A stretch of 64,000 bases of DNA from assembly GCA_013265495.1 (NCBI GenBank), contig MU058198.1, positions 818,419 to 882,418 on the forward strand, read 5' to 3'. A program made the position numbers and the translations under genes. This DNA comes from Vicugna vicugna (lineage: Eukaryota). The notes under the pieces are model-generated. The model did not search any database. It was not told where the DNA came from and worked only from the letters and a program-made list of their open reading frames with translations. Within the stretch, counting starts at the first letter, position 1, and every line of letters starts with the position of its first letter. Positions 1-12,049 of this stretch are shown in pieces.

Positions 1-16
1 TTCATCTGGTGAGTAG
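1..16 (+). other. Possible last codons of convergent neighbour IQCK (..S-S-G-E-stop), or a splice donor CTG|GTGAGT
   Basis: t TCA TCT GGT GAG TAG resembles the recalled IQCK C-terminus (..IPSS), and IQCK is the tail-to-tail neighbour of GPRC5B in human. Only 16 nt are visible. Confidence 0.3.
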
Positions 17-321
17 TCTTTTCATAAAAAGACATTACTGCCTGTGATCATTTCCCGAGGAGACTGACCCTTAACTTTGACTGCAAACCCAACAAGACAC
101 TTAAACCCAGACAATGACAAAGAATTTTTGCTGTCTAGGCCCCGAAGCAGAATAGAAACCTCCTCATTTTATGACTTATTACCCTCCATTGTTCTGCAGT
201 TTGCCGCTAACCAGGACTTCCCTGTTCAACATGCTACAGCCTCTGGGCAGATCTGAGAGCCAAGCAGTTGCACTGGGTTGTTTAGACAAGCTACCACACG
301 TCTTAAGTAAATAGTAAAGCC

Positions 322-327
322 TTTATT
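322..327 (-). terminator. Distal polyadenylation signal AATAAA (long GPRC5B 3' UTR)
   Basis: tttatt on + strand, with several upstream TGTA elements on the - strand (~377-424) in AT-rich unique sequence. Confidence 0.55.
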
Positions 328-352
328 TTTGTGTTAAGAACAGCATTTTGAA

Positions 353-585
353 AATAAAACCTATCCGCCCATGCTTTACAACATTTTAAATTTGTAATAT
401 TTATGTACAGTCATTTATGGTACACATTGATTGTCTCGAAATGTCTTTTAACGGTTTTTTTTTTAATAAGTATGCAACAGTCAGCCAGGCGAGGATAAAG
501 GTACATTAGAAAACACACATTAATACATTTAATAAATATATATTATCTATCAAAAACGAGCCTTAGCTCTTTATCAATTAATAAA
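353..585 (+). terminator. Plus-strand AATAAA signals (353-358, 531-536, 580-585), candidate 3' end of the convergent gene
   Basis: Three AATAAA hexamers in AT-rich unique sequence; the gene assignment rests on synteny. Confidence 0.4.
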
Positions 586-1860
586 AAGCACCTGCTGAGA
601 ACTCCTGTAAGCTGGTATAATCATTGCGTCATTCGATTATAAAAGCCACAATGCTCCCTTTCAGTTTGGGGTTCAGCTCAGCCTTGCCTCGCCAGGAAGG
701 TCACCACACACGGCCCATGTTCAGCGGGCCCTGACGGAGTCTGTGCTAGAAGAATAGACCCCCGCCTTCAACAGCCAGGTCTGCGCCCCTTGAGACACGT
801 GGAACTTCCCAGGTTGTCAGTTCCCGGAGCTGATTCCCTCACTCCCTCCCCTCCATCTCCAGGGCAGAAAGCCCGGACACGGTGACCGTTTTCCATTAAA
901 GGGGGGACAAGAGTGGCTGTTATAGTCCCAAGGTGATTTTGAAAACCGGACCCGGAAGGACTCATGCTGACAATTAGGTGTTTAGATCACAGACACTCTC
1001 CTTCCAGGTCATTTGCCCCCAACGTCTCATTCACATAAACCGATCTTAAACAGAGGTGCCACTTAGTTTTGTATTTAAACTTTGCTCCACGGGGGCAGCT
1101 GGCTGCCACAGTCTCTTGGCAAAGGTGTCTCTTTGTACCCTTCAGGTGAAGTCATTAGAGAAATAACAGTTCTCTGCCTCCTCCCTCACTCCCCGCCTCC
1201 ACCCGCACTGGGAGAGCATTCAGCCCACTCTTGACCTTAAAGCCAAAATAAAATAAAAACCAGAAGCGCAAAAACTATCAGAGATTTAAAAAGAGAAGGG
1301 GGAAAAAAAAGGTATCATTAAGTGAGATTTCCCGTGGCTCAGAGCTGGCTCCACGTTTATAGTAGTGAAACGTGACTTTCCACTTGCAGCCATGTGTGTC
1401 CTGCTCACCTGATGCGCTCGGACCACCAAGAACTTTGAGAGAAAAACGGTCATGTGAGTTCTCCCCTCTGCAAGGGGGCGCTCCTGCAGCCCGAGTCACT
1501 GCTGGGATCAGAGAGCTCCGAAGGACTCCAGGGAGCGGGGGCAAGCGGCCACTTCCTGGCACGAGAATGTGTAACGCGGCCGTTTCTCACCGGGCTGGAC
1601 CGAGGTGTTTGGAGATTTCTGTCATTTTCAGAAGTCTGGGTCTGATAGAAAGAAGCAAGCACATGCTCTGGGCGGCGGGCGCTTCCCGAAGCTCGGGTAG
1701 GGGCGGCCTTCTGGTGACACACGGAAATGCCTGACTTGACGGAGGGCCACACAGGGAAGGCCAGATTGGCCTCATTCCCCAGGTGCCCTGCAAGGACTGG
1801 AGGGCGGGGGAGGGCGAGGACGGGACACAGCAGACTAGGGCCTCGAGAAAAATCAGAAGG

Positions 1861-1866
1861 TTTATT
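1861..1866 (-). terminator. Proximal polyadenylation signal AATAAA
   Basis: tttatt on + strand; U-rich flanks and a GU-containing downstream segment on the - strand. Confidence 0.7.
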
Positions 1867-3138
1867 AAAACATACTCAGCTGAAACATGTTGGCTTACGA
1901 AGAGGTCAGTTCCCCCCAAACACTAACCTTTTTCATTTCCTTTAAAGGTTAAAGGCTTATGGGTTGTTTTATAGAAAAAAGCGATACAGTGATTAGAGTA
2001 TATTCAAAACGCCCACCCTCGTGTATACATTCCATGCCGTCAGGTTAAAACTCTTTGCTTTGAATCGTGACTAGCGATTATGCTGGCCAAACAGTGCAGA
2101 GACCATGGGGCTTTGAATGGCCGAGATGTTCGAAATGCCAAATAAAGGAATGACTTACTTAGGACAGATGGAAACCATGACAGAAACAATGAGCTTTGAA
2201 GAGAACCATTTTCATGGGCCTTGTAGGAAACCAAGACAAAACTGTCCCACGCACCCTCCAAAAGCAGCAAGAAAACCCTCACGTGCTCGGCCCACCCTGG
2301 ACCTTTCACTACATCTGCATAGAAGACCCAAAAACTCACTGCATGCCAGGCAGCAGGTGTCACCTCTCCAGCCGGGGCACCCCTGGGATGCCCCGCCACG
2401 TGACAGCATCGTGGAAAGTTGGCTGTGGCCTCTGCCTCCTGGCCACACCAGGGCGCCTTGAGCTGGTGGCCTCGTCTGAGCTTTTGAAACGAAGGTGGGA
2501 ACAGAACCGGGGAAGGACTTGGAGGAACACTGATGAGGGCTGGAATAGGCGGAGGTGAGCGGGGGAGATACGGCTGCCCCAGCCAGCAACGGCAAGGGCT
2601 GCACCAGGGAGGGAGGTGGGCTTGCTTCCTGCCACTGGCGCCGGAGCAGGGGGCCCAAGAAGGAACAGCGGCCAGGCACCACTCTCTAAGTGTGATGGTC
2701 CCTTTAACTCCCAGACAGCCTTTTCTTTGGCACACGCCAGGCTCCCTCCACCACTCCTGCCTGTAAAGCTCTCTCCTCAGTTCAGCTGGTCCTCAGTCTT
2801 GGAACCACACCTGCAATCTCCTCAACTGCGCCTGACCCCCCTGAAATGTGAAAACCAACAGGCAGGCTGGTGGAAAAGCCCCCATTCGTCCTCTTCAGGG
2901 AAACGGTTACCCCCAAGAGGCCACCCCAAGAGGGGTCCAGCACTTGCCGGGGAGGGACGACGGCGTAGGGGCGTTCCATGTTCAGCCCACACCAGCCTGT
3001 CCCACTGGCTGTGAACTTGGTTCTTTTCTGCCCCCAGAGGATGAAACAGTCTTCCCAGCCACATTTTCGAGTGAGCCTAATCCTATTTGCAATTAGCTTT
3101 GCTTTAGTTTGCAGGGTTTGAGGTTGGTTTGGTATTAC

Positions 3139-3177
3139 GTGTGTGTGTGTGTGTGTGTGTGTGTGCGCACGTGTGTG
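3139..3177. repeat. (GT)n microsatellite in the GPRC5B 3' UTR
   Basis: ~13 GT units followed by gcgcacgtgtgt. Confidence 0.95.
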
Positions 3178-3380
3178 GCAGGGGAGGGAGGGCAGTCGGT
3201 GTTAGCATTTCAGTTCAGCAGTGTTCACATTTACACGGAACCCTCTTGTCTAGGATTTCCAAATCTCCCGGCTGCGAGGCGGCCTCTTTCAGCTACTGTT
3301 ACTGATTTCTCCCTCAAGAAAGACACGGCCAGGGAATAAAATCGGTAAGAGATTCTTATTCTCTGGAACTTAAAAGTCTT

Positions 3381-3425
3381 TCACCAGAGGTGTCTTCCAG
3401 TGTAACTTGGCGGAGCAGTTGGGAT
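3381..3425 (-). CDS. GPRC5B: GPRC5B exon 4 coding part (IPTAPPSYTGRHLW*)
   Basis: TTCCTGTTTCCAG acceptor (AG 3427-3426), phase 0, TGA at 3383-3381. Total CDS 1030+113+45=1188 nt = 395 aa + stop. Confidence 0.96.
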   Translation of the reverse strand: MPTAPPSYTGRHLW

Positions 3426-4721
3426 CTGGAAACAGGAATAACACACTAAGAACTCTGGGCTTTGCAAAGTCAATGTCAGAAACCAACTCGTTAACAACGT
3501 ACCGAAGATAAGTTACCTTGCCTTTTCCTGACGGGCTGAATAATTCCCCAGTAAAGCAGGAACCACTGTGTGTTACGATGCTCCGTTCTTGGGAAGGCCC
3601 TGTCCCCTTCTGTGTAATCATGCATCCTGAACAAATGTTTCCTCACCCAGAACCCCACCTCGCTTTCTAAGTCCAGGATGTTTTTATGCACACTGGCCTC
3701 GACAGGACCAGATAGGGCTTACGAGTGACCAAAGGGCTGTCTTCTAACTGTATGTATTATAACACAGGCCAAATGCTTGCAACTCAGGATTTTCTTGGCC
3801 CCCCAAAATAAACAGGCCAATCGATGGCTGGGGGTCTTCACAAATGCAATCTGTGTCTACTTGCTTTTGAGCCCCTTCCAAACCAGTGCAAACCAACGCT
3901 TCGCATACCATCCAAAGGCCAGGAAAACCCAAGTTCCCTCTAGAGATCAAAGACCATCCCTGACATTAAGAAAAAAAAAAAGCTCAGGTTGAGTTATGGA
4001 ATTGGCACATGATAGAAAGAATGGAAATCCAATTTACACAGTGTAAACTGGCTCACGTGTTGTTTCTGAAAGAAGCATGGAGCTATGTTTGGAAATTCAA
4101 TGTGGGAATGACAGTGCATCTTTGGACTGCTGGAGAAACAAAATGATGTAATTCCACGGAGGCAAAATGCAAATGATGACAATTCTGCTGAAGGTCTGTT
4201 TGGCATCATACAGTAAACCTGTTTGGTGTTTGCCACAGAAAAATGATAATCACTTCAATTTCTTAAGAAATCTTTTAAGGAAGGGAACCTGGGACCCGGC
4301 TGGAGTACAGATGGGGGTGGGGGGAGCAGGGGCGGGGACTCAGCTAGGTTGGATGTCAGCAAAATCTGTCAGGGTTTCATAACTCTGGGCTTTTCCTAAG
4401 AGTCACCTCTCAGGCAGAGGGAGGATGGGGGCACCTTCTGTATAATGGAAACCAGAGAATTCTCTGGCTGAGAGCCTCTAGAAACAGGGACTCTTTCAAA
4501 CGAATCTACAGATGGTCAACTAAGTATAAGTGGAGGTTCCATGCATGGAGAAAGGGGGCAGAGAAGAAGAAAGAGAAAAGGAAGCATTGCATGCATGAAC
4601 GGGTGCCCCCTTGAGCCGCTGTCCTTGCAGACTCCACAGAGCAGGGTGTCCCCGTCGAAGCTGCCCCCCAACACGGACCACTCCTCGGCTTCCTGCCAAA
4701 GCATCACCTCCTGATACTTAC

Positions 4722-4834
4722 AGTCCCCCCGTTGAGCACAACGGCCATCTCAGTTGGCTGATACACGTTGCTTCTGAACGGAGCGCTGGGTCTGTTTCCC
4801 AAGCTGCCATTACGAAATCCTGCTGTTCGAAGAG
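4722..4834 (-). CDS. GPRC5B: GPRC5B exon 3 (113 nt)
   Basis: (TCCC)n tract + CTCAG acceptor (AG 4836-4835). Continues phase 1 as ALRTAGFRNGSLGNRPSAPFRSNVYQPTEMAVVLNGGT; donor ACT|GTAAGT at 4721. Confidence 0.96.
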
Positions 4835-5489
4835 CTGAGTGAGGGAGGGAGGGAGGGAGGGAAAGGCCACACGACACCACCGGAAAAAAAAAAAAAAAAA
4901 AGACACAATTTTGTTTTCTTCCCCTGTATCAACACCATGCTCCAGGCCCCCGCCCCTCCCCTTTGTCACAAGCCAGATTCAAAACAAAAGTCACAAAGGC
5001 GCTTTGTTCTCTGGCTCTTGGAGCCTGATCCGTCTCCGTGGGGTTGGGGAGCCTGCAGTATCCAGGGCTCAGGCGGCTCTTGGGCAGGGGACCCTGGGGG
5101 GAGCCTCTTGCCCCCCCACCCCAGCCCTTGCAGGGAAGCGCCTGCCTCCCTCAGAGGATCTCCTGTGACCAAAGACCTTCTCACTACTGAATGCCCTTCA
5201 CGTCAAGTTCAGCATCACACCATCCAACACGGTTTCTGGATACACACTGAGGTGGGCAACCCTGAGAACCTGGACGTAGAGTAGCAGGAGAGGTGGGATA
5301 TGTTCATGGGCAAGTGATGGGGTAGAGGGCAGAGGGGCTCCAGGCCCACGGCTGGGGTGATTTCTAGATGAGGGGAAAAAAGGGAGATGTGAAGCAAAGA
5401 TAGCAAAATATGTTGGCACTTCTTACCTCTGAAAGGTGGGGAATTGTGTCTCTTATTTGCAGTGTAGTTTTAGATATGTCAATTTCCTT

Positions 5490-5970
5490 TTTTTTGAGTG
5501 AAGAAAGTCAAATGATACAAAAAGACCTGGAAGAATCTTAAATGCATGATGCTAAATGAAAGAAGTCAGTCTAAAAACTGCATACTGTATGATTCCAACT
5601 ACGCTATTCTAGAAAAGGCAAAACTATAGTCAGTGAAAAGACTAGTGATTGCCAGGGGTTTGGAGGTGGCGGATAGGGGAGCACAGGGCATTTTTAGGAT
5701 CACGGAACTATTCTGGATGATACCATAATGGGGGAGACATGACATCATACGTTTGTTCCAACCCATAGAACTGTACAAAGACTGGCCTCTGAAATGTAAA
5801 TTATGGACTGTAGTTAATATATAATATATCAATATTGATTCATCCACTGAGACAAATGTAACACTAACGCAAGTCGTTAATAACAGAGGAAACTGGGGGG
5901 AGGGGCAGGTGGGAACTCCCTGTATTTCCTGCTCAAAATTACAGAGAAAGAAGCAGCATTATGAAAAAAA
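5490..5970 (+). mobile_element. Old L1 (L1M-type) 3' end fragment
   Basis: Typical L1M 3' UTR motifs (catactgtatgattcca, gaaaaggcaaaactata, gtaaattatggact) ending in an A-rich tail. Confidence 0.75.
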
Positions 5971-7554
5971 AAAATCAAAACAAAAGTCTGTCTCTAGTTG
6001 GGCAGGGAGGGAAGGGGCAGAAGTGGGGGGGAGGTGGATGGAGAGGAAGCGGAGGAGGAAAAAAACCCCACAAAAATCCATCTCAATTATGAAGTGTCAT
6101 CTTCATTATCTTTGTTCTCACTGAAAGCACTAATCTTGCTTTGCTAAGGAAAGCCTTACTTAAAAGTCCTCCCTGAAGGAAGTCATTTTTTTTTCTGGCT
6201 AAAAAAGTAGCAAGAGGGTTTGGGATTTTTATAAATTACTAGGGGAAGGGGCCAAAATCACCTTGATAATATAGTTAATCTTCATAGCATGCCAACCAGG
6301 AACCAGCACTGTGAAAAGTGCTTTATATATATGGTCTCATTTAATTTTCATAGCATAATCAGTACTTTTATTATTTCCACTTTATATGGGGCAGGGAGAG
6401 AGTCGGTTACTTGCTCAAGGTCACACAGCTGGTAAGAACCAGCGCTCAGGTGCAGGCAGAGAATCTGTGTTCTTCACCATCACACTCTACTGGCTCCAAA
6501 TAATATGTTTTTAACCACCACAGTTACTTAGGGCAACTTGAATTTGACATCAGGGGCAGCTCAGCCCACACGTGAACCAAGGAAACTAAGGCAGGGTTGG
6601 GAATGCATGTTCCAGGACAGACTTAGGAAAACCTCTTTGCTTTCACATCTCTAGCACCTCCAAGCCTTCACCAGCTCCTATGCACGCGCTGAGCAGGAGA
6701 TGCCCTTCCTGGGAAGTAGAGAAGGAGGGGCACCTGGGGACAGAGAGTCCATGGACTCTCACTAGTCTCAATTCCTAGCTGAGACCTCCTTGAAGAGAAG
6801 GAAAACCAAACAGCATGGTTTTACTCATAACGCAGAGACCTGGCCAGCTGTGGTGGGGAAATCTGCCCCTAACACATTCTCCTTGGAGAAACAGGCTCGA
6901 CTCTACTGGCCGGCAGTGGGATGCCTTGGCCCAGGGATCCCTCTGAGTAATGGTTATTTGTGGTTCTCCTCTGGTAAACATCCCTCCCACATTCTAGGTC
7001 CCTGAGCGTTGGCTACAAGTGCCTCCTCCCCTGGCCTTGAGGTGGGCACGTGATGTAGGCCTTGCTAATTAGGTCCAATCAGAGCGAACTCTGCGATTTT
7101 TGTTCAAGCATCCTGAGAAATGTTCTTCTTTTCTACTGGGACTCTGTGCAAGCCTAGAGCTGTGGGCTGCCATGATTCTAACAGAGCCAAGAGATGGAGA
7201 GAAACCAAATCTTGTCATCAGCCGAGCCTCCTGGATCTATCCATTCCTGAAGCCTGAGCCCCAGTACATTAATTCGTTGCTTTGTTTTGCTTTGCTTAAG
7301 CTGCTTCAAATCTGATTTTTTTATTCCTTTCAGCTTCAAGAATCCCAGCTAACACCCAACTATGACCTGGGTCATCTCTGAAAGGCAAGCAGGGCTCACC
7401 CATAAGGAGCTCTCAAAAGGAATCTAAGATTACAGGCTAAATGCCAACCTCCTTCTGACTGGACTTTGCAAGTTAGGCGAGATTGGCCCTGCTTGCAAAG
7501 CTGAATTGGGCCTTCCACTGGGAAGCTAAGGTGCAGAGTTTAAATAACCCTTGG

Positions 7555-7990
7555 TCTAACCTATAATGGAAAAGAATTTGAAAAAGAATATGCATATACA
7601 TATATATATATTTATATATAAATGTATAACTGAATCACCTTATTGTACACCTGAAACATTGCAAATCAACTATACCTCAATGAAAAAAATAAAATAAAAA
7701 ATACAACAAACTAGTGAACATAACAAAAAAAGGAGACTCACAGATACAGAGAACAAACTATGGCTTGAGGGAAAGGAGGAGGGGGTGGGGATTAAGAGAC
7801 ACAAACAAAATAACGTACAAAATAAGCTACAAGTATATACTGGACAACATGGGGCTTATAGCCAAAATTTTACATTAACTATAAATGGAGTATAACCTTT
7901 AAAAATTGTCAATCACTATATTGTATATCTGTAACATAATATTCTACATCAACTATACATCAATGAAAAAATGAAAATTAAAAAAAAAAA
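7555..7990 (+). mobile_element. Two tandem L1 3' ends (laurasiatherian/artiodactyl type)
   Basis: ataactgaatcac..tgtacacctgaaac..aatcaactatac + A-tail, then agactcacagatacagagaacaaact.. + A-tail. Confidence 0.8.
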
Positions 7991-8778
7991 CAGCCTTTGG
8001 CCTAATGAGCTCAGAGAGCCCAAATCCACTAACAGGAGAAAGAACATTTTGCTCTCTTGCCCCTTTGAAAGGCGAGCATTTAACATGCCTTGTTAACAGC
8101 TTCCAAAATGTGATCTGAAGTGCTACATCCTTCAGTGTATTTTAATCTTTTATCACATACCTCATGCCTTGTTGATACTTAATTAAGAAATGGTAGGCTG
8201 GTGAAGTATGTATCGGGGGCTCATACGGGAAGGGAGTAAGAAAGCAGTGGCTGCAGCCTGGGGAATGCCCTTCCCATCTCTTGACGTCAGGGATAAGGCT
8301 CTCAAGGGAAGAGAGCCCAAAAGGCTGGCTGGTTAAAATGCAAGAGAAACAGGGCCAGCTGTAGCTCCCGAGCAGGGCGAGGCCCTGGTGGGGCCTGGCT
8401 CCCTAAATACAAACTGGCTGAGGTCAGCACCAAAGATAGTCAGAGGTCAGACAACCTTCGCTCACCATGGCGAGGGAGGGTGCCCAGGCGTTCTCCAGCC
8501 AGCAAAGTAGGGTTTCTAGAACAAAGGCAGTCCTAGCCAGGATGACAATTTAGCTTCTCTCTGTGAGCCTTCCAAGGGAATTGGCTTTGCCTGGGGCCCA
8601 TGTGAATTTTGGTGGACACACATTTGGAATGATGCAAAATAGGGCTGCTAAAAAAAAGTCTGACGACATCCAAGGTTGGTGAAGAAGTGAGGAAATGGGT
8701 CTCATACAGTTATTTGGGGGAGACAATAAATTAGCCTACTTTTCTGTGGGGGGACATCTGGCAGTATATATCAAGATT

Positions 8779-8921
8779 TTTTTTAAAAAAAATTGAAGTA
8801 CAGTTGATTGACAATGTTGTGTTAGTTTCAGGGGTACAGCAAAGTGATTCAGTTACATATATATAATTTTACAGATTCTCTCCTCTAGTAGGTTATTACA
8901 AGATATTGAATATAGTTCGGG
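8779..8921 (-). mobile_element. 5'-truncated L1 with 13-bp target-site duplication, inside an older L1
   Basis: TSD atatatcaagatt at 8766-8778 and 8922-8934; body gtacagcaaagtgattcagtta is a reversed L1 3' end. Confidence 0.85.
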
Positions 8922-9386
8922 ATATATCAAGATTGAAAAGTGCAGACACTTGGCTGCGTGTCTAGAAATTTTTTTTTTTTTGCAAGGAGTTAATTGATCT
9001 TGGGCACAAAGATGAATGGAAAACATTCATTGCAGCATCACTTCTATGGAAAGCCAGAAACAAGAGGCATCAGCTAAGATCAGAAAAATAAATGATGGTG
9101 CCCATGGAAATCTCTGCCCTGTGGAAAGGATACCGTAGCTCTTCAGTGGCTGACCTGGCACAGCCGCCCCCTCAACACACTATTGATTTAAGCAAGCACA
9201 TTGCAGCACACCACTTTGACCAATGGTTTCAACCTGGTTACATCTTAGAAGCACTCGGGCACTTAAAATACCTAAGCCCGAACAGACTTACTCAATCAGA
9301 ATGAGGAGGCAGGCACTGGCAATTTTTTTTAAAGCTGTCCAAAAGATTCTAACGTGCAGACAGGTTAAGAACTGCTCTATGACTGT

Positions 9387-9433
9387 TGTGTGTGTGTGTG
9401 TGTGAGTGAGAGAGAGAGAGAGTGAGAGAGAGA
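9387..9433. repeat. Compound (GT)n(GA)n microsatellite
   Basis: Directly visible. Confidence 0.9.
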
Positions 9434-9869
9434 CTGTGTGCTCGAGAGATGTCTGGCAAGATGGGAACAAACAGTTGGCAGTAGCTGCCTTTGGGCAAAT
9501 GGGAATTTGAGCAATTTTTATGAATTTCATTTGCTGAATTTCTTCATGATTATTGTCCATCTTCTGTCATCAGAAAGGAATAATAAAGCTATTTTTCCTT
9601 TGGAAAAGAAAGAGGGGATGAGTAACAACTTCCTTGGCTTTGGAACATAGAGTTGAAACAGATGGCGTGTGGGGCACTTCTGAGCCCTCCCATCACTCCC
9701 GGGCCAGCCCTGGAACTGCTGGTCCTGGTGTGGGTCCCAAATTCCTTTGATCTCTGGATCCTACATGGATTTGAAGCTCTGGCTGCATTTTCACAAGGAA
9801 CGGTGCATGTAACCGGATTCAGAAAAGCAAACTCCCTCTCCCTGGCCTGCTGTGCGTTTACAGTGTGAG

Positions 9870-11220
9870 CCTGAACAAGTTGCCTGACACTCCTGGACTC
9901 AGTTTCCTGCTCTGTAAAATGGGACCGGTAACCCGTGTCTTCTCAATGCACAGAGTTGTCCTGACACGTGCATGAGATGAGGGACACTTTAAGAAGAGAA
10001 GACTAATTCTGTGGCAGAAGGGTCAGCGTGTGGGCTCTGGCGCCAGCCTGCCTGGCTTCACACCCTGCCTCTGCCTCTTGGGCAAGTTGCTTAGCCTCTC
10101 CGTGCCTCAGTTTCCTGTCTGCAAAATGGACCTCACTGGGATTAAATGAGATCAGCCACTGAAATGCTCAGAATGGTACCTGGTCCATGGCACCTAGTAA
10201 AGGTTATTCATCCTTCTTTTGAAGCCCCTAATACGTAGGTAGTTCCTGCATCCCCCCTTCATTGCAAGTAAACTAGCCCATCAGGTTCAACAGCTCCGGT
10301 TCTTTACCTCCTGGGGATCACAAATGGCTTTGAGAATCTAACAAAGCAATAGACTAACTCCCCAATGAATGTACAAAAATTTACATCCATTTCAGGAGTT
10401 CCTGATACCTTTGAGGTCCAACGGGGAGTCCATGGGTCTTAGGTAAAGAGGCCCCTGCTCCCAGAAGAGCCAAAGAAGAGGTGGCCCCTTCCAGCTCCAC
10501 AGGAGTTGGCCAGGAGCCGGCCTCTGCACATCACACGCCCTGAAGGGCTGTCTGGGCTCCCAGTGATGAACTCCATCCGACCTCCGTCCGACCTCCATCT
10601 TCTCCTGGCAACCCGGGGAGCCAGCCCCACCAGAGCTGCCGCTCACCCCTGCCAAATCTCTTGACAAACACAGGCTTGCTGGCCTGGGGCTTTCCAGTAA
10701 GAAGGAAGCTGCTCTGATAAAGGCCACGCCAGGATTTCCGACTCTGTCCACAGCTGGGATGGGTGGGTGGGGGCTCTGTCATTCCTCCTGTGGTTCTGGC
10801 TGGGAGCAGGGGTGCAGAGGACGCTGGGCACGTCCTGGTGGGGAGGAGGGCTGGGGGTGGCCGTGGAGGACCTGATGGCTTGCTGTGTTTCCCTTGCCTG
10901 CACGGAATGGGTGGGCTGTGCTCCGGGCCCGGCCCTCAACCCAACAAGGCTGACTTCGTAATAAAAGCAGCCAGTGAGCACCGCCCAGGTGCCTGGATGC
11001 ACGTCACAGGAAAGGGGACCATGACCATCTGGAAAGGGCCACCTCTTAGCTGTATGTCACTGGCAGGACTGAACCTACTACAGCCTCCATTTACTCATCT
11101 GTAAGCCGGGATTGTTCCCGCCTCATCAGGTGGAGGTGCGGACTAAGGGGCAATGCAGGTTAAGGACTTAGAATGGTGCCTGGCGTGTAGCTAGAGCTCA
11201 ATAAATGATGACTGGACTAG
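9870..11220. mobile_element. MIR fragments (representative; many more MIR/L2 pieces occur across the window)
   Basis: Core ctcagtttcct..ctgtaaaatggg..gattaaatgagat..agaatggt.cctgg motifs at ~9900, ~10100 and ~11100; also ~18650, ~23930, ~38500, ~44000, ~58200, ~58800. Confidence 0.7.
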
Positions 11221-12049
11221 GCAGTTGTTACTGCCGCTGCCACTGCTACTACTTACTGTTTGTTATTGTTACTATTATTGTAGCTCCTGCTAAATCTTTA
11301 GGTAACAGAGAAAAGGCAATTTTAATGAATTAATCTCAAGTGCCGAGAGCCCAGCCGACTTGCTTTAAGCAACAATTGTAAGAGATGCTTCTCAAGGCAT
11401 CCGTGGCAGGGGCTCTGGGCGCCTGTGTGGCTTCCTCTGGGAATCCGCTGCGGCGGTGGTGGACAGCCCTGGGTACCCGGACATCCTCCACCTGAAGCGC
11501 ACGCCAAATCTCCGCTTCTCAGCCGTGGAAGCTAACGGAACTTGTTCGACCTGTTTTCGGGAGCATGGGGGGATGTTCATGACAGTGGGAGCCAGGAATT
11601 GGTGGAGAGATGCCACAGCCTCCTGTCCTTCGAGGATCAAGGCTGAGGCTCGTTCTACATGTAACCCTGGCAGGACTGAGCCCCAGCTGCCCGTGGTGGT
11701 ACCTGGCACTTCCAAGCTCTTGTTTCTGTTTCTGCCCTCCCAGTCTCATTCCCTCTGCCCTCTCTCTGGCAGGGACCACCTCCCAGGCAGATCACCTGCA
11801 CCGAGCCTCAGGCTCTGCTTTCAGGGGAACCCACCAAAGACACACACCCAACGTGCCAGGTGCAATGGGAGCCCATCAGGAAGTTACTGCTCACAGCAGC
11901 TCTACGAGGTACAAAGCCTTACATCCAGAAATGGCAGAGGCAGGATCTGAACCCAGACGTCTGGCTCAAATTCATACACTCCTGGTGACAGAGGTATGGG
12001 ACAGGACGTGAGCTTTGCCTGTCACCACCCCCTGCATCCGTCTCGCATA

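Larger units (their letters stand above)
1840..3380 (-). other. GPRC5B: GPRC5B 3' UTR (proximal form); may extend to ~300
   Basis: Runs from the stop codon to the AATAAA at 1866-1861; largely free of interspersed repeats. Confidence 0.7.

Noticed and set aside
2040..2735. 231-aa minus-strand ORF in the 3' UTR
   Set aside because: GTG start, no homology or splice support; expected by chance in a GC-rich UTR.
3517..3535. Possible microexon ending at donor-like AAG|GTAACT (3516)
   Set aside because: Upstream AGs lack a good pyrimidine tract, and the 11- or 19-nt lengths are frame-shifting; too weak without RNA data.
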